Shown: piece by piece, positions 7,042-16,279 of the stretch | Layout of the letters: each line of letters opens with the position of its first letter | Numbering within the stretch: position 1 is the stretch's first letter | Assembly (NCBI GenBank): GCA_964513345.1 | Contig: CAZELY010000001.1 | Span: 8,289-72,288 of the forward strand | Direction: 5' to 3' | Origin: an uncultured Muribaculaceae bacterium | GTDB lineage: Bacteria; Bacillota_I; Bacilli_A; RF39; UBA660 | DNA length: 64,000 nt | The notes under the pieces: model-generated | The model's input: only the letters and a program-made list of their open reading frames with translations | What the model was told of the DNA's origin: nothing | Database searches by the model: none | Program-made: the position numbers and the translations under genes

Positions 7042-8703
7042 AATATCCATTATTACTGGAAGAATAATTGGTTTTCTTCCTATTTGACTACTAATATAAT
7101 TAGCAAGATTTAAACTAATTTCGGATTTAATATCCGTATAATTTATGTCAGTTTTTATGACTTTATTTATAGCTTCTTTACTAATTTCTTCTAATTTCTT
7201 AAGTAGTTCAATGTTTTCATTTACTTCGATAAATCCTCTGGTAATTATGCTAGGATTGTTTAAAAGAGTTTTATTAGTAGTATCGATATTGGCAATAACA
7301 ACGATAATACCATCATTGGACATTGTCTTACGATCTTTCATTACGGCGCCACTAACATCACCAATACGATTTCCATCAACAAATATATCACCAGCTGGTA
7401 TTTTACCACCACGTCTTACTTTACCATCTTTCATAATAAGAACATCACCATTTGATAAAACAAATGTGTTTTTCTTTGGCATACCACATAAAATAGCTAA
7501 ATCAGCATGCTTTTTAAGCATTCTATATTCACCATGAAAAGGCATAAAATAAGTTGGATTTATCAACCTTAACATAAGTTTTAATTCTTCTTCATTACCG
7601 TGACCAGAAGTATGAATATCACTTAGTGATGTAGTAGTATAAACAGTTACGCCTTTTAAATATAACTTGTTTATCGTTCTTGAAATACTAATGGCATTAC
7701 CTGGAATAGCTGAAGACGAAAATACTACAACATCATCCGGCATAACTTTTATTTGTCTAAATGATCCATCGGCGATTCTACTTAAAGCCGCAAGTGGCTC
7801 ACCTTGGGTACCAGTACAAAGTAAACATAGTTTCTCTGGTGGATAGTTTTTAACTTCTTCCGGATTAATAAATACATCACGGTGTTTGATATATCCACCC
7901 TCTATTGATATTTCAATATTATTCTTCATGCTTCTTCCGAAAACACATATTTTACGATCGTGCCTTTTACAAGTATCAACGATGTGTTTCAAACGATAAA
8001 TATTTGAAGCAAAAGTTGCAATTATAATACGACTATTGTGCTTGTTAAATAATTCCTCTAATGCTTCATCGACTTTTGATTCACTATTGCTAAAACCTTC
8101 ATTTAAAGCATTAGTACTATCACTTAACAAAAGCGTTACACCTTCATCACCAAGTCGAGCCATTTTATGAATATTAGCCATTGGACCAACTGGAGTTAAA
8201 TCAAATTTAAAATCGCCAGTTGTAATTACATTACCATTTGGTGTATGAATACACATTCCGTGTGAATCTGGAATAGAGTGAGTAGTCATAAAAAACTCCA
8301 CACTCAAATATTTAAATTTAAATATATCTTTTTCCGTATAAACATGTAAATTGTTGTATTTTATGCCACGATCTTCTAATTTTCTTCTAATAAGACCTGC
8401 TGCCTGATTAGGCGCATAAATAGCAGGTATATTAACCATTTGCAATAAAAATGGAATTGCCCCAATATGATCTTCGTGTCCGTGAGTAATAAAAAGCCCC
8501 TTAATTTTGCTTTCATTTTGTTTTAAAAATGTAAAATCTGGAATTACATAATCAATTCCCAGTAAATCTCCTTCTGGAAAAATAACTCCAGCATCAGATA
8601 TTACTATTTCATCTTTATGCATTACGCAATACATATTTTTTCCGACTTCACCAAGCCCGCCTAAAGCGAAAACTGCAGTTTCATCGGGTTTTAAAAAATC
8701 CAT
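7021..8703 (-). CDS. rnj: Ribonuclease J (metallo-beta-lactamase/beta-CASP)
   Basis: 560 aa. N-terminus FALGGLGEVGKNMY, HGHEDHIGA motif, typical length, GGAG RBS. Confidence 0.93.
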   Translation of the reverse strand: MDFLKPDETAVFALGGLGEVGKNMYCVMHKDEIVISDAGVIFPEGDLLGIDYVIPDFTFLKQNESKIKGLFITHGHEDHIGAIPFLLQMVNIPAIYAPNQAAGLIRRKLEDRGIKYNNLHVYTEKDIFKFKYLSVEFFMTTHSIPDSHGMCIHTPNGNVITTGDFKFDLTPVGPMANIHKMARLGDEGVTLLLSDSTNALNEGFSNSESKVDEALEELFNKHNSRIIIATFASNIYRLKHIVDTCKRHDRKICVFGRSMKNNIEISIEGGYIKHRDVFINPEEVKNYPPEKLCLLCTGTQGEPLAALSRIADGSFRQIKVMPDDVVVFSSSAIPGNAISISRTINKLYLKGVTVYTTTSLSDIHTSGHGNEEELKLMLRLINPTYFMPFHGEYRMLKKHADLAILCGMPKKNTFVLSNGDVLIMKDGKVRRGGKIPAGDIFVDGNRIGDVSGAVMKDRKTMSNDGIIVVIANIDTTNKTLLNNPSIITRGFIEVNENIELLKKLEEISKEAINKVIKTDINYTDIKSEISLNLANYISSQIGRKPIILPVIMDIKKSVKI

Positions 8704-8823
8704 AATTTCTCCTTTCTTTAAAGTTTAAAAACTGACTTATAACATTATATACTTTTTTCTTTCTTTTGGCAAGTTGACTTGTTTATATACAAGCGCTCGT
8801 GATATAATTAAAAAGGTGATATC

Positions 8824-11040
8824 ATGGAAACTTACATCAAAGGAAATTATCGAAAAAGCATTTTTCACTCCGATAAAGGATACGTTATCGGTCTTTTTAA
8901 AGTACGCGAAACTAATATTGAAACCATGCAAGAACACATTAACAAGACCATAACTTTTACTGGTTTTTTCCATGAGTTAAATGAAGATGATACATATATA
9001 TTTTATGGAGAACCCGTTAATCATCCTAGATATGGTTTTCAATTTCAAGTTTCGGAATACGAACGCGTAAAACCAACTGATAAAGAAGGTATAATTGAAT
9101 TTTTATCTAGTGACTTATTTCCAGGAGTAGGGGAAAAACTAGCTAAAAGTATCGTTGAAACATTAGGCAATAGTGCCTTAGAAGATATTTTAAAAGACAA
9201 ATCTTGCTTAAATTTAGTACCAAAACTAACTGAAAAAAAAGCTAATAAAATACATTCAATTTTAACAAAATATGAAGAAAGTCATCAAACGATTGTTTAT
9301 TTAACAGAACTAGGTTTTACCATGAGAGATGCACTTTTAATATATAATTATTATAAAAAAATGACTTTAGATGTCATAAACAATAATGTATATAAAATTG
9401 TAAATGACATTGAAGGGATTTCATTTTTAAAAGTTGACTCTCTATATTCAAAATTAAATATTGATAAAAGGGATAAAAGAAGAGTAAAAGCAACTATTTT
9501 ATATATTATGCAAAATATTACATATAAAAATGGTGATACCTTTTTAAATAAAGAAATTATTGTTAATAATGTCAATAATTATTTGGGTACAGATATTGAT
9601 AATTATGATAGTTATTTTGAAGAGTTAGAAAATGATAATAAAATAAAAATTGATGATAATGACTATTATTTAAAAGAAATATGGGATTCTGAAAATAATA
9701 TAATTGATAGATTATATTTGTTATCAAATAAAGAAACAAATAAAATTAAAGATTTAGACAAATTAATAATTGAACACGCTAAAGTTAATAACATTATATA
9801 CAACGAAAAACAAAAGCAAGCAATTGCCAAAGCTTTAGAAAACAATGTTTTGATAATTACTGGTGGCCCAGGTACAGGAAAGACAACAATTATTAAAGCA
9901 ATTACTGAACTTTATAAAGAAATAAACAACCTCGACTATGATCAATTGGTTAAAGAATTAGCTCTATTAGCGCCGACAGGACGCGCAAGCAAAAGAATGA
10001 GCGAATCAACTTTTTTACCAGCTTCGACGATTCACAGATTTTTAAAATGGAATAAAGAAACTAATGAATTCATGGTAAACGAAACTAATAAAGCTGATAA
10101 CACTTTAATTATAGTTGATGAAGTCAGCATGATTGATATTAATTTATTCGATAGTTTACTAAAAGGTCTCACCAGCAACATTAAATTAATTTTAGTCGGT
10201 GATTATAATCAATTACCTAGTGTAGGCCCAGGGCAGGTTTTAAAAGATTTAATTGAAAGCGACTGCATAGATGTTGTTCATTTAGATTTATTATATCGAC
10301 AAGACGAAAATTCATATATTCCTTATTTGGCCGAAGAAATTAAAGAAGGACTCCTTAGTGAAACATTTAAAGAAACAAAAAGCGATTATACTTTTTTAGA
10401 ATGTTCAAGCGTTTCAATTCGAAAAAATTTAAAGAATTTGTGTTTGCAAATAATTGAAAAAGGGTATGACTATAAAAAAGTTCAAATACTTGCCCCAATG
10501 TATAAAGGTGAAAATGGCATTGACTTATTAAATAGCGAATTGCAAGAGGTGTTTAATCCAGAAGACACCAATAAAAGAGAAATAAAATACGGTGATGTTA
10601 TTTTTAGAGAAAATGACAAAATATTACAATTAGTAAATATGCCAGAAGAAAATGTTTTTAATGGCGACATTGGCGTTATTAAATATATAAAATACGGTAA
10701 TACTAGTAAGAGTGGTAAAAACGAAATTTTCGTTGATTTTGATGGTAATGTAGTTAAATATACACCAAAAGATTTTGTTAAAATTAAACATGGCTTTATT
10801 ATTAGTATTCATAAATCACAAGGTAGCGAATTTGATATTGTAATAATGCCTATATGTCAAGCATACCGAAGAATGCTTTATCGTAAACTTGTTTATACAG
10901 GAATTACTAGAGCTAAGAAAAAATTAATTTTAATCGGTGAGATTAATGCTTTTACACAAAGTGTATATAACAATAACGAATACAAAAGAAATTCAAAATT
11001 TTTAGAAAAAATAACGTATAAATTTAATCAACCTTGTTAA
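8824..11040 (+). CDS. recD2: RecD2-type ATP-dependent DNA helicase (RecD/TraA family)
   Basis: 738 aa. Walker A GGPGTGKTT, DEVSMID (Walker B), LVGDYNQLPSVGPG, SIHKSQGSEF, TRAKKKLILIG motifs. Confidence 0.9.
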   Translation: METYIKGNYRKSIFHSDKGYVIGLFKVRETNIETMQEHINKTITFTGFFHELNEDDTYIFYGEPVNHPRYGFQFQVSEYERVKPTDKEGIIEFLSSDLFPGVGEKLAKSIVETLGNSALEDILKDKSCLNLVPKLTEKKANKIHSILTKYEESHQTIVYLTELGFTMRDALLIYNYYKKMTLDVINNNVYKIVNDIEGISFLKVDSLYSKLNIDKRDKRRVKATILYIMQNITYKNGDTFLNKEIIVNNVNNYLGTDIDNYDSYFEELENDNKIKIDDNDYYLKEIWDSENNIIDRLYLLSNKETNKIKDLDKLIIEHAKVNNIIYNEKQKQAIAKALENNVLIITGGPGTGKTTIIKAITELYKEINNLDYDQLVKELALLAPTGRASKRMSESTFLPASTIHRFLKWNKETNEFMVNETNKADNTLIIVDEVSMIDINLFDSLLKGLTSNIKLILVGDYNQLPSVGPGQVLKDLIESDCIDVVHLDLLYRQDENSYIPYLAEEIKEGLLSETFKETKSDYTFLECSSVSIRKNLKNLCLQIIEKGYDYKKVQILAPMYKGENGIDLLNSELQEVFNPEDTNKREIKYGDVIFRENDKILQLVNMPEENVFNGDIGVIKYIKYGNTSKSGKNEIFVDFDGNVVKYTPKDFVKIKHGFIISIHKSQGSEFDIVIMPICQAYRRMLYRKLVYTGITRAKKKLILIGEINAFTQSVYNNNEYKRNSKFLEKITYKFNQPC

Positions 11041-11094
11041 TGATAGTAATGTATGCATAAGCATACCATCATGTTTCTAGCAAGAGGTGATATT

Positions 11095-11247
11095 ATGGAC
11101 AAAATGAAAATTATTGCTTCGATGGTTGCCGGTAGTATGGCAACGATGGCGTTTCAAAAATATAAAAAGCCAATGATAAAAGCAATGCAAAAAGCCATGA
11201 ATATGGAAAAGAAAATGATTAATGATACGTTAGAAGATATGATGTAA
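11095..11247 (+). CDS. Small hypothetical protein (50 aa)
   Basis: ATG preceded by AGAGGTGA. Followed by a terminator. No recognisable domain. Confidence 0.4.
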   Translation: MDKMKIIASMVAGSMATMAFQKYKKPMIKAMQKAMNMEKKMINDTLEDMM

Positions 11248-11249
11248 AA

Positions 11250-11271
11250 TTGCCCCATAACGGGGCTTTTT
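11250..11271 (+). terminator. Rho-independent terminator
   Basis: GCCCC-ATAAC-GGGGC hairpin followed by TTTTT. Confidence 0.65.
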
Positions 11272-11284
11272 ATATAAAAAAAGA

Positions 11285-12112
11285 CTATTTTTTAATAGTC
11301 AAAACATAGTCTTTTTGATTAGGTGTAATAGAAGTTACTCCAAACCTTTCATCAGCTTTAAATATTTTAGATTTCGATTCTGTGCAATCAAACAAATAAG
11401 CATAGGCAATTTTGCCACCAGGTTTCATATTTTTCATTAATTTTTTTCGGGAATATTTATAGACATTATCAATGCCTTCATAATCAGCGATATTTGAAAG
11501 AAACATATAATCATATTTTCTCTCAAGTTGTCTATCAATTGTCATAAGATCACCATTTATAAAATGTACATTTGCCTTAGCTAATTTAGATTTTAACAAG
11601 TTATAATCTTCTTCATTAAAATAATTTAAAAATTTAAAGTAATAAGCAGTTGATAAAAACATACGATCCAATGAAGTCCCGTTTTTATTAGCATAATTAA
11701 ATATTGAATCCCAAAACACTTGATAATTACCATCCAAATTATCACGCAATTTTTTATACCAAGTTATATCAGTTTTACCATAAGAAATACACTTAAATAA
11801 AAATTCTTCCTTGAATTCTTTTAAACTATAAGTTTCAATAATGGCCTTTTTTAAAAAATAATAGTATTCAGTAAAATAATTAATATCAAAAGCATCGATA
11901 CTTTTAGCATCTTTTGCAATTGCTCCCAGTATATGATCACCAGATGAAGTGACTGTCAAAACATCTTTACCTTTAATATCAAATATACTATACATTTCAG
12001 TAAGATTTTCATTAGTCATTGGATAAAATTTATTGTAAGGCCCAAAAATATTTAATCCTGTTGGCTTTTCTAATAAATTAATACCTTTTTTGGTAATAAG
12101 TTTAATATTCAT
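11285..12112 (-). CDS. Hypothetical protein, possibly a SAM-dependent methyltransferase-like (DUF3419-like) fold
   Basis: Start moved to the ATG after AGGGGGAAA (MNIKLITKK...). VLTVTSSGDHILGAI resembles a Rossmann motif I. The assignment is tentative. Confidence 0.45.
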   Translation of the reverse strand: MNIKLITKKGINLLEKPTGLNIFGPYNKFYPMTNENLTEMYSIFDIKGKDVLTVTSSGDHILGAIAKDAKSIDAFDINYFTEYYYFLKKAIIETYSLKEFKEEFLFKCISYGKTDITWYKKLRDNLDGNYQVFWDSIFNYANKNGTSLDRMFLSTAYYFKFLNYFNEEDYNLLKSKLAKANVHFINGDLMTIDRQLERKYDYMFLSNIADYEGIDNVYKYSRKKLMKNMKPGGKIAYAYLFDCTESKSKIFKADERFGVTSITPNQKDYVLTIKK

Positions 12113-12179
12113 AAATTTCCCCCTAAGTAGGAAATATTCTAGCATTAAATTAAAAATCAGGCAAATTATAAATTTTCTA

Positions 12180-12208
12180 TTGCAAATTCTCCTTAAATTT
12201 GATACAAT
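12180..12208 (+). promoter_or_regulatory. SigA-type promoter for tRNA-Met
   Basis: TTGCAA (12180-12185), 17-nt spacer, TACAAT (12203-12208), 16 nt upstream of the tRNA. Confidence 0.55.
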
Positions 12209-12224
12209 TATTTTGCGTTAATTT

Positions 12225-12301
12225 GGCGAGATAGCTCAGTTGGCTAGAGCGCACGGTTCATACCCGTGTTGTCGAGGGTTCGAATCCCCCTCTCGCTACC
12301 A
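12225..12301 (+). tRNA. tRNA-Met (anticodon CAT), elongator-like, CCA encoded
   Basis: Cloverleaf readable by eye: GGCGAGA acceptor, TAGCTCAGTTGGCTAGAGC D-arm, anticodon stem CACGG/CCGTG with loop TTCATAC, GGTTCGAATCC T-arm, CCA end. Starts with G, so not initiator-type. Ile2 (lysidine) identity cannot be excluded. Confidence 0.88.
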
Positions 12302-12313
12302 TATTGATGAAAA

Positions 12314-12337
12314 GCATCGCATTTGCGATGTTTTTTT
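12314..12337 (+). terminator. Rho-independent terminator after tRNA-Met
   Basis: CATCGCA/TGCGATG stem followed by T7. Confidence 0.7.
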
Positions 12338-12552
12338 ATATAGAATTAAGAATTCAATTGTCAATTATATAAAATTATAGTATAATTATTATAAGAGAAG
12401 AAAGAAAATTCGTATTATAAACGAGGAGGTGGAAATGATGAGTGATACAAGAGGGACTATCATTTAAAAATGTACAAGAATTTTTATGTTATTATATAAA
12501 TAATATAATTGTCATTTATAAATAATTATCATAGAATAGGTAGGGGAATAGT

Positions 12553-13041
12553 ATGTATAGTATGCTTGGAATGTTTATATTTATGGTGGTTTTAATTTCA
12601 CTGCTTTTGGCTTCGCTATTTATGTTTGATTCAATGCTTAGACAAATAAAAGCCAATGAATCTATTGAATCTATATCAGATTTTTCTGAAATTTTAAAAG
12701 AATTTGATGATATGTTAAAAACTGTTAGACATCAACGCACTAAAGAAATTTTAGAGTGTTTGATCGAAATGAAAGATCTAGATAAAGTATATGAAAAAGT
12801 AAAAACAGTTGATTCTAAAATAATGAAAACTAGTGCTTATGAGAATGTTAAAAGAGAAACATTAAGAAAAATTATAAATGAAAAAATAAATCAAATTTCT
12901 ATTTCTCGAAACCGACTAGAAAAATTTAAAGCCTTAAAAGATGAACTAAAATATTGTAAAAAAAGATTCCCCGAATTTCGAGAAATATTTGATGCTGGTT
13001 TATATGCCGTTAGTACAAATATTGACATGTATACTGAATAA
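12553..13041 (+). CDS. Hypothetical protein with one N-terminal TM helix
   Basis: 162 aa. RBS TAGGGGA. N-terminal hydrophobic helix, then a charged helical region. No recognisable domain. Confidence 0.55.
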   Translation: MYSMLGMFIFMVVLISLLLASLFMFDSMLRQIKANESIESISDFSEILKEFDDMLKTVRHQRTKEILECLIEMKDLDKVYEKVKTVDSKIMKTSAYENVKRETLRKIINEKINQISISRNRLEKFKALKDELKYCKKRFPEFREIFDAGLYAVSTNIDMYTE

Positions 13042-13133
13042 AACGACTTTTGAGCCGTTTTTTTTTAAAATAATTATTGATGATATGTTAAAAATAAGAT
13101 AAAATAATAATAAGTTATTATAAGGAGGAAATT

Positions 13134-14018
13134 ATGGAAAAAGCAAAAGTATATTTTATAAAAGAAATTACGCCAGAATCATTAATTAAAATATATGAGG
13201 CTCTTGGTGTGGAATTAAATGGTAAGGTTGGAGTAAAAGTCTCTACTGGCGAAAGAGGCGCGAAGGGATATTTAAAAGCCGATTTAATTGGACCATTAGT
13301 TAAAAAATTAAATGGGACTATTATTGAATGTAATACAGCCTATGATGGTGCTAGAAACACGGTAGAAGATCATCTAGAAGTTGCGCGCGAGCATGGTTTC
13401 ACAACATATGCAGACGTTGATATTATGGATGCCGATGGAGAAATTAAAATCCCTGTTAAAGGAAAACATTTAGAGTATGATTTAGTTGGTAAAAATATTG
13501 ATAATTATGACGCTATATTAAATCTAGCTCATGGTAAAGGACATCAAATGGGCGGATTTGGAGCTAATTTAAAAAATCAATCAATAGGTATTGCCTCTAG
13601 AAATGGTAAAGCATATATTCACAGTGCTGGTAAAACTGAGGATCCAAATATTTTATGGTCTAATTTACCAGAACAAATTGATTTTATTGAATCTATGGCT
13701 GAAGCTGCTAATGCAGTTAGTGATTATTTTAAAGAACAAAATAAGCCAATCATATATATTACTGTAATGAATGCTATTTCATTAGATTGTGACTGTGATG
13801 CTCGTCAAGGCGATCCAGTTATGAGCGATCTTGGCATTGTCGGTTCTTTGGATCCAGTTGCTAATGATCAAGCATTTATTGATATGATCTGGGCTAGTCA
13901 AGAAGCTGGTGCTGAAAAATTAAGAGAACGTATTGATAATCAACTAGGACGTGAAATTTTACCTTATGCCGAAAGTTTAGGCCTAGGTAGTAGAGAATAT
14001 GAATTAATTGAAATTTAG
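13134..14018 (+). CDS. DUF362-family protein
   Basis: RBS AAGGAGG. N-terminus KVYFIKEITPESL...VKVSTGE and a C-terminal LDCDCD motif resemble DUF362 proteins, judged from memory only. Confidence 0.6.
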   Translation: MEKAKVYFIKEITPESLIKIYEALGVELNGKVGVKVSTGERGAKGYLKADLIGPLVKKLNGTIIECNTAYDGARNTVEDHLEVAREHGFTTYADVDIMDADGEIKIPVKGKHLEYDLVGKNIDNYDAILNLAHGKGHQMGGFGANLKNQSIGIASRNGKAYIHSAGKTEDPNILWSNLPEQIDFIESMAEAANAVSDYFKEQNKPIIYITVMNAISLDCDCDARQGDPVMSDLGIVGSLDPVANDQAFIDMIWASQEAGAEKLRERIDNQLGREILPYAESLGLGSREYELIEI

Positions 14019-14737
14019 TGGTGAAAATGAAAGATTTATCATTTTTAAAGCAAAACTTAATTGCTCATCGCGGAATACATAGTAAATATCCTGAAAATTC
14101 TTTGGAAGCATTTAACGAAGCAGTTAAGAAAAATTATACTATTGAACTAGATGTACATCTATTAAACGATAACTCGATTATCGTTTTTCATGATGATAAT
14201 TTAAAAAGAATGACAGGTATTAATAAAAAACTTAAAGACTTAAATTATGAAGAAATAAAAGACATAAAATTAAAAAATTCAAAATCAAAAATTCCATTAT
14301 TGAAAGATGTATTAAAGCAAATAAAATGCCAAGTGCCAATTATCATTGAATTAAAATCAGATCGCAAAACTAGCTTGTTAGAAAGAGAATTAGTCAAAAT
14401 ATTAGATAATTATAAAGGCAAATTTTGTGTAAAAAGCTTTAATGTACAATCCATAAGATGGTTTAAAAAACATCGCCCTAACTATATAAGAGGTTTATTA
14501 TTAAAGAAAAAGGATGCGCAAAATTATTTTAAAACTAAATTTTTACTTTGGCTTTGCAAACCTGACTTCTTATCATGTAACTATCGTTCAAAGAATAACA
14601 AACTAATCAAAAACCAACACAAAAAAAGAGTTATCATTGCTTGGACTATTAACAATGATGAAGTTTATTTAAAATGTAAAGATGAATTTGATAATTTAAT
14701 TATGGATTTTGATTTAGATGACAAAAAGCATATATAG
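14018..14737 (+). CDS. Glycerophosphodiester phosphodiesterase family protein
   Basis: IAHRGIHSKYPENSLEAF...ELDVHLLNDNSIIVFHDDNL are GDPD signature motifs. The start could be GTG 14018 or ATG 14027. Confidence 0.85.
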   Translation: MVKMKDLSFLKQNLIAHRGIHSKYPENSLEAFNEAVKKNYTIELDVHLLNDNSIIVFHDDNLKRMTGINKKLKDLNYEEIKDIKLKNSKSKIPLLKDVLKQIKCQVPIIIELKSDRKTSLLERELVKILDNYKGKFCVKSFNVQSIRWFKKHRPNYIRGLLLKKKDAQNYFKTKFLLWLCKPDFLSCNYRSKNNKLIKNQHKKRVIIAWTINNDEVYLKCKDEFDNLIMDFDLDDKKHI

Positions 14738-14780
14738 ACATTCATTATATAAAGTATTATAATTATTAAGCGGTGATATT

Positions 14781-15605
14781 ATGGAAAAATATCAAGAAAT
14801 TGAAAGAAGCATTATTAAAACATATCGTAAAGAAATTTGGAGTAAATTTTCAAAAGCGATTAGAGAATATGAATTAATTAGTGAAAACGACAAAATTATG
14901 GTTTGTATTAGCGGCGGCAAAGATTCATTTTTACTTGCGAAATGTATTCAGGAATTGCAAAAACATGGAAAAATTAAATTCGAAGCGAAGTATGTTGTTA
15001 TGAATCCTGGTTATAAAAAAGAAAATGAACAGAAGATCATTAGCAACGCCAAAACATTAAATATTCCAATTGAAATATTTAGTAGTGATATTTTTAAAGT
15101 AGTAACGAATATTGAAAGTAAAAGCCCATGTTACTTATGTGCCCGCATGCGAAGGGGACACTTATATAATAAAGCAAAAGAACTTGGCTGCAATAAAATA
15201 GCTTTAGGACATCATTTTAATGACGTTATTGAAACCACTTTACTTTCGTTATTGTATGGTGCTGAAATAAAAACCATGATGCCAAAATTGCATAGTGACA
15301 ATTTTGAAGGCATCGAACTTATAAGACCGCTTTATATGGTAAAAGAAGAGTCGATAATTGCTTGGGCTAAATATAATAACTTGGAATTTTTAAATTGTGC
15401 TTGTAAATTTACTGAAGATTATAGTAATAATTTGAGTGATAGTAAAAGGGAAGAAGTGAAAAAAATAATTAAAGAATTGAAAAAGAAAAATTCTGAAATT
15501 GATCACAATATTTTTAAAGCTTTAGATAACGTAAATTTAAACTGTATTGTTGGTACTAAACAAAACGGGATTTATAAAAGTTTTTTAGATGAATATGATA
15601 AATAA
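14781..15605 (+). CDS. ttcA: PP-loop ATPase of the TtcA (tRNA 2-thiocytidine) family
   Basis: SGGKDS PP-loop, CYLCARMRRG and ALGHHFNDVIETTLL motifs, 274 aa. Confidence 0.75.
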   Translation: MEKYQEIERSIIKTYRKEIWSKFSKAIREYELISENDKIMVCISGGKDSFLLAKCIQELQKHGKIKFEAKYVVMNPGYKKENEQKIISNAKTLNIPIEIFSSDIFKVVTNIESKSPCYLCARMRRGHLYNKAKELGCNKIALGHHFNDVIETTLLSLLYGAEIKTMMPKLHSDNFEGIELIRPLYMVKEESIIAWAKYNNLEFLNCACKFTEDYSNNLSDSKREEVKKIIKELKKKNSEIDHNIFKALDNVNLNCIVGTKQNGIYKSFLDEYDK

Positions 15606-15655
15606 AACTTGCTTACAAAAATATAATATGTTAAAATTAATAAGCAAGTTTACTT

Positions 15656-15732
15656 GGTCCGTTGGTGAAGTGGTTTAACACATCGCCCTCTCAAGGCGAC
15701 ATTCACGGGTTCAAATCCCGTACGGACTACCA
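15656..15732 (+). tRNA. tRNA-Glu (anticodon CTC), CCA encoded
   Basis: GGTCCGT acceptor. 3-bp D stem GTG/CAC, typical of tRNA-Glu. Anticodon stem TCGCC/GGCGA with loop CTCTCAA. T-arm ACGGGTTCAAATCCCGT. ACCA end. Confidence 0.85.
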
Positions 15733-15741
15733 ATGTATTTT

Positions 15742-15763
15742 AGACTTTTATAAGTCTTTTTTT
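15742..15763 (+). terminator. Rho-independent terminator after tRNA-Glu
   Basis: AGACTT-TTAT-AAGTCT followed by T7. Confidence 0.7.
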
Positions 15764-15811
15764 GTATAAAAAAAAGAATATTAAAAATAATAATAGTGAA
15801 AGGAAGATATT

Positions 15812-16249
15812 ATGAATGAAAATAACGAGTTACTAACATGTGTTTATCAAAATGCTGATATGGAAGTAAAATCTTTAACATCACTATTAAAAGATATTAA
15901 GGAAAAGGATAACAAATTAAAAGATTTAATTAGTGAGGAAATAAAAGGTTTTGAACAATATTTAAAAGAGAGTGAAAAACTATTAAAAAAATCAAAAGTT
16001 GAAGTAAAAGGCAAAGGATTTATTGCTGAGACTATGGCGAAAATGGGAATAAAAAAAGAAGTAAGCAATGATAATAGTGATTCTGCAATTGCTGAAATGG
16101 TAATTGAAGGATTCACAATGGGTAATTTAGAACTCGATAAATTGATAACAAATTATGAAAAAATAGCAGATAAAAAAATTTTAAGATTAGCGTCAAGATT
16201 AAGAGATTTTACAAACAATGAAATAGTAAAATTAAAAAAATTTATATAA
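15812..16249 (+). CDS. Hypothetical helical protein (145 aa)
   Basis: RBS GAAAGGAAG. Lys/Glu-rich and probably helical. No domain recognised. Confidence 0.55.
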   Translation: MNENNELLTCVYQNADMEVKSLTSLLKDIKEKDNKLKDLISEEIKGFEQYLKESEKLLKKSKVEVKGKGFIAETMAKMGIKKEVSNDNSDSAIAEMVIEGFTMGNLELDKLITNYEKIADKKILRLASRLRDFTNNEIVKLKKFI

Positions 16250-16279
16250 AAAGTCTTTAGATATTCTAAAGACTTTTTT
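16249..16279. terminator. Bidirectional terminator between convergent genes
   Basis: AAAAGTCTTTAG (16249-16260) pairs with CTAAAGACTTTT (16266-16277), flanked by A and T runs. Confidence 0.75.

Noticed and set aside
6751-7113. 120-aa plus-strand ORF overlapping the end of the second pilin gene and running through the terminator.
   Set aside because: It is in an alternative frame of the Cys/Tyr-rich tail, has no RBS, and crosses a strong bidirectional terminator into the rnj coding region.
8824-11040. RecD-like helicase considered as part of a defence system.
   Set aside because: It has typical RecD2 length and motifs and is a single gene. It is flanked by housekeeping rnj and small genes with no nuclease, methylase or other defence partner.
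12225-12301. Apparent G1-U72 wobble and an A50-C64 mismatch in the hand-folded tRNA-Met, considered as a sign of a pseudo-tRNA.
   Set aside because: All other cloverleaf elements, the conserved D and T loops and the encoded CCA are intact. The gene also has its own promoter and terminator. Hand folding cannot justify a pseudogene call.
15606-15650. Perfect 10-bp inverted repeat AACTTGCTTA...TAAGCAAGTT between ttcA and tRNA-Glu, enclosing a TATAAT.
   Set aside because: The 25-nt loop and lack of a T-run make it a poor intrinsic terminator. No convincing -35 element could be paired with the enclosed TATAAT. It may be regulatory, but the evidence is too thin to call.
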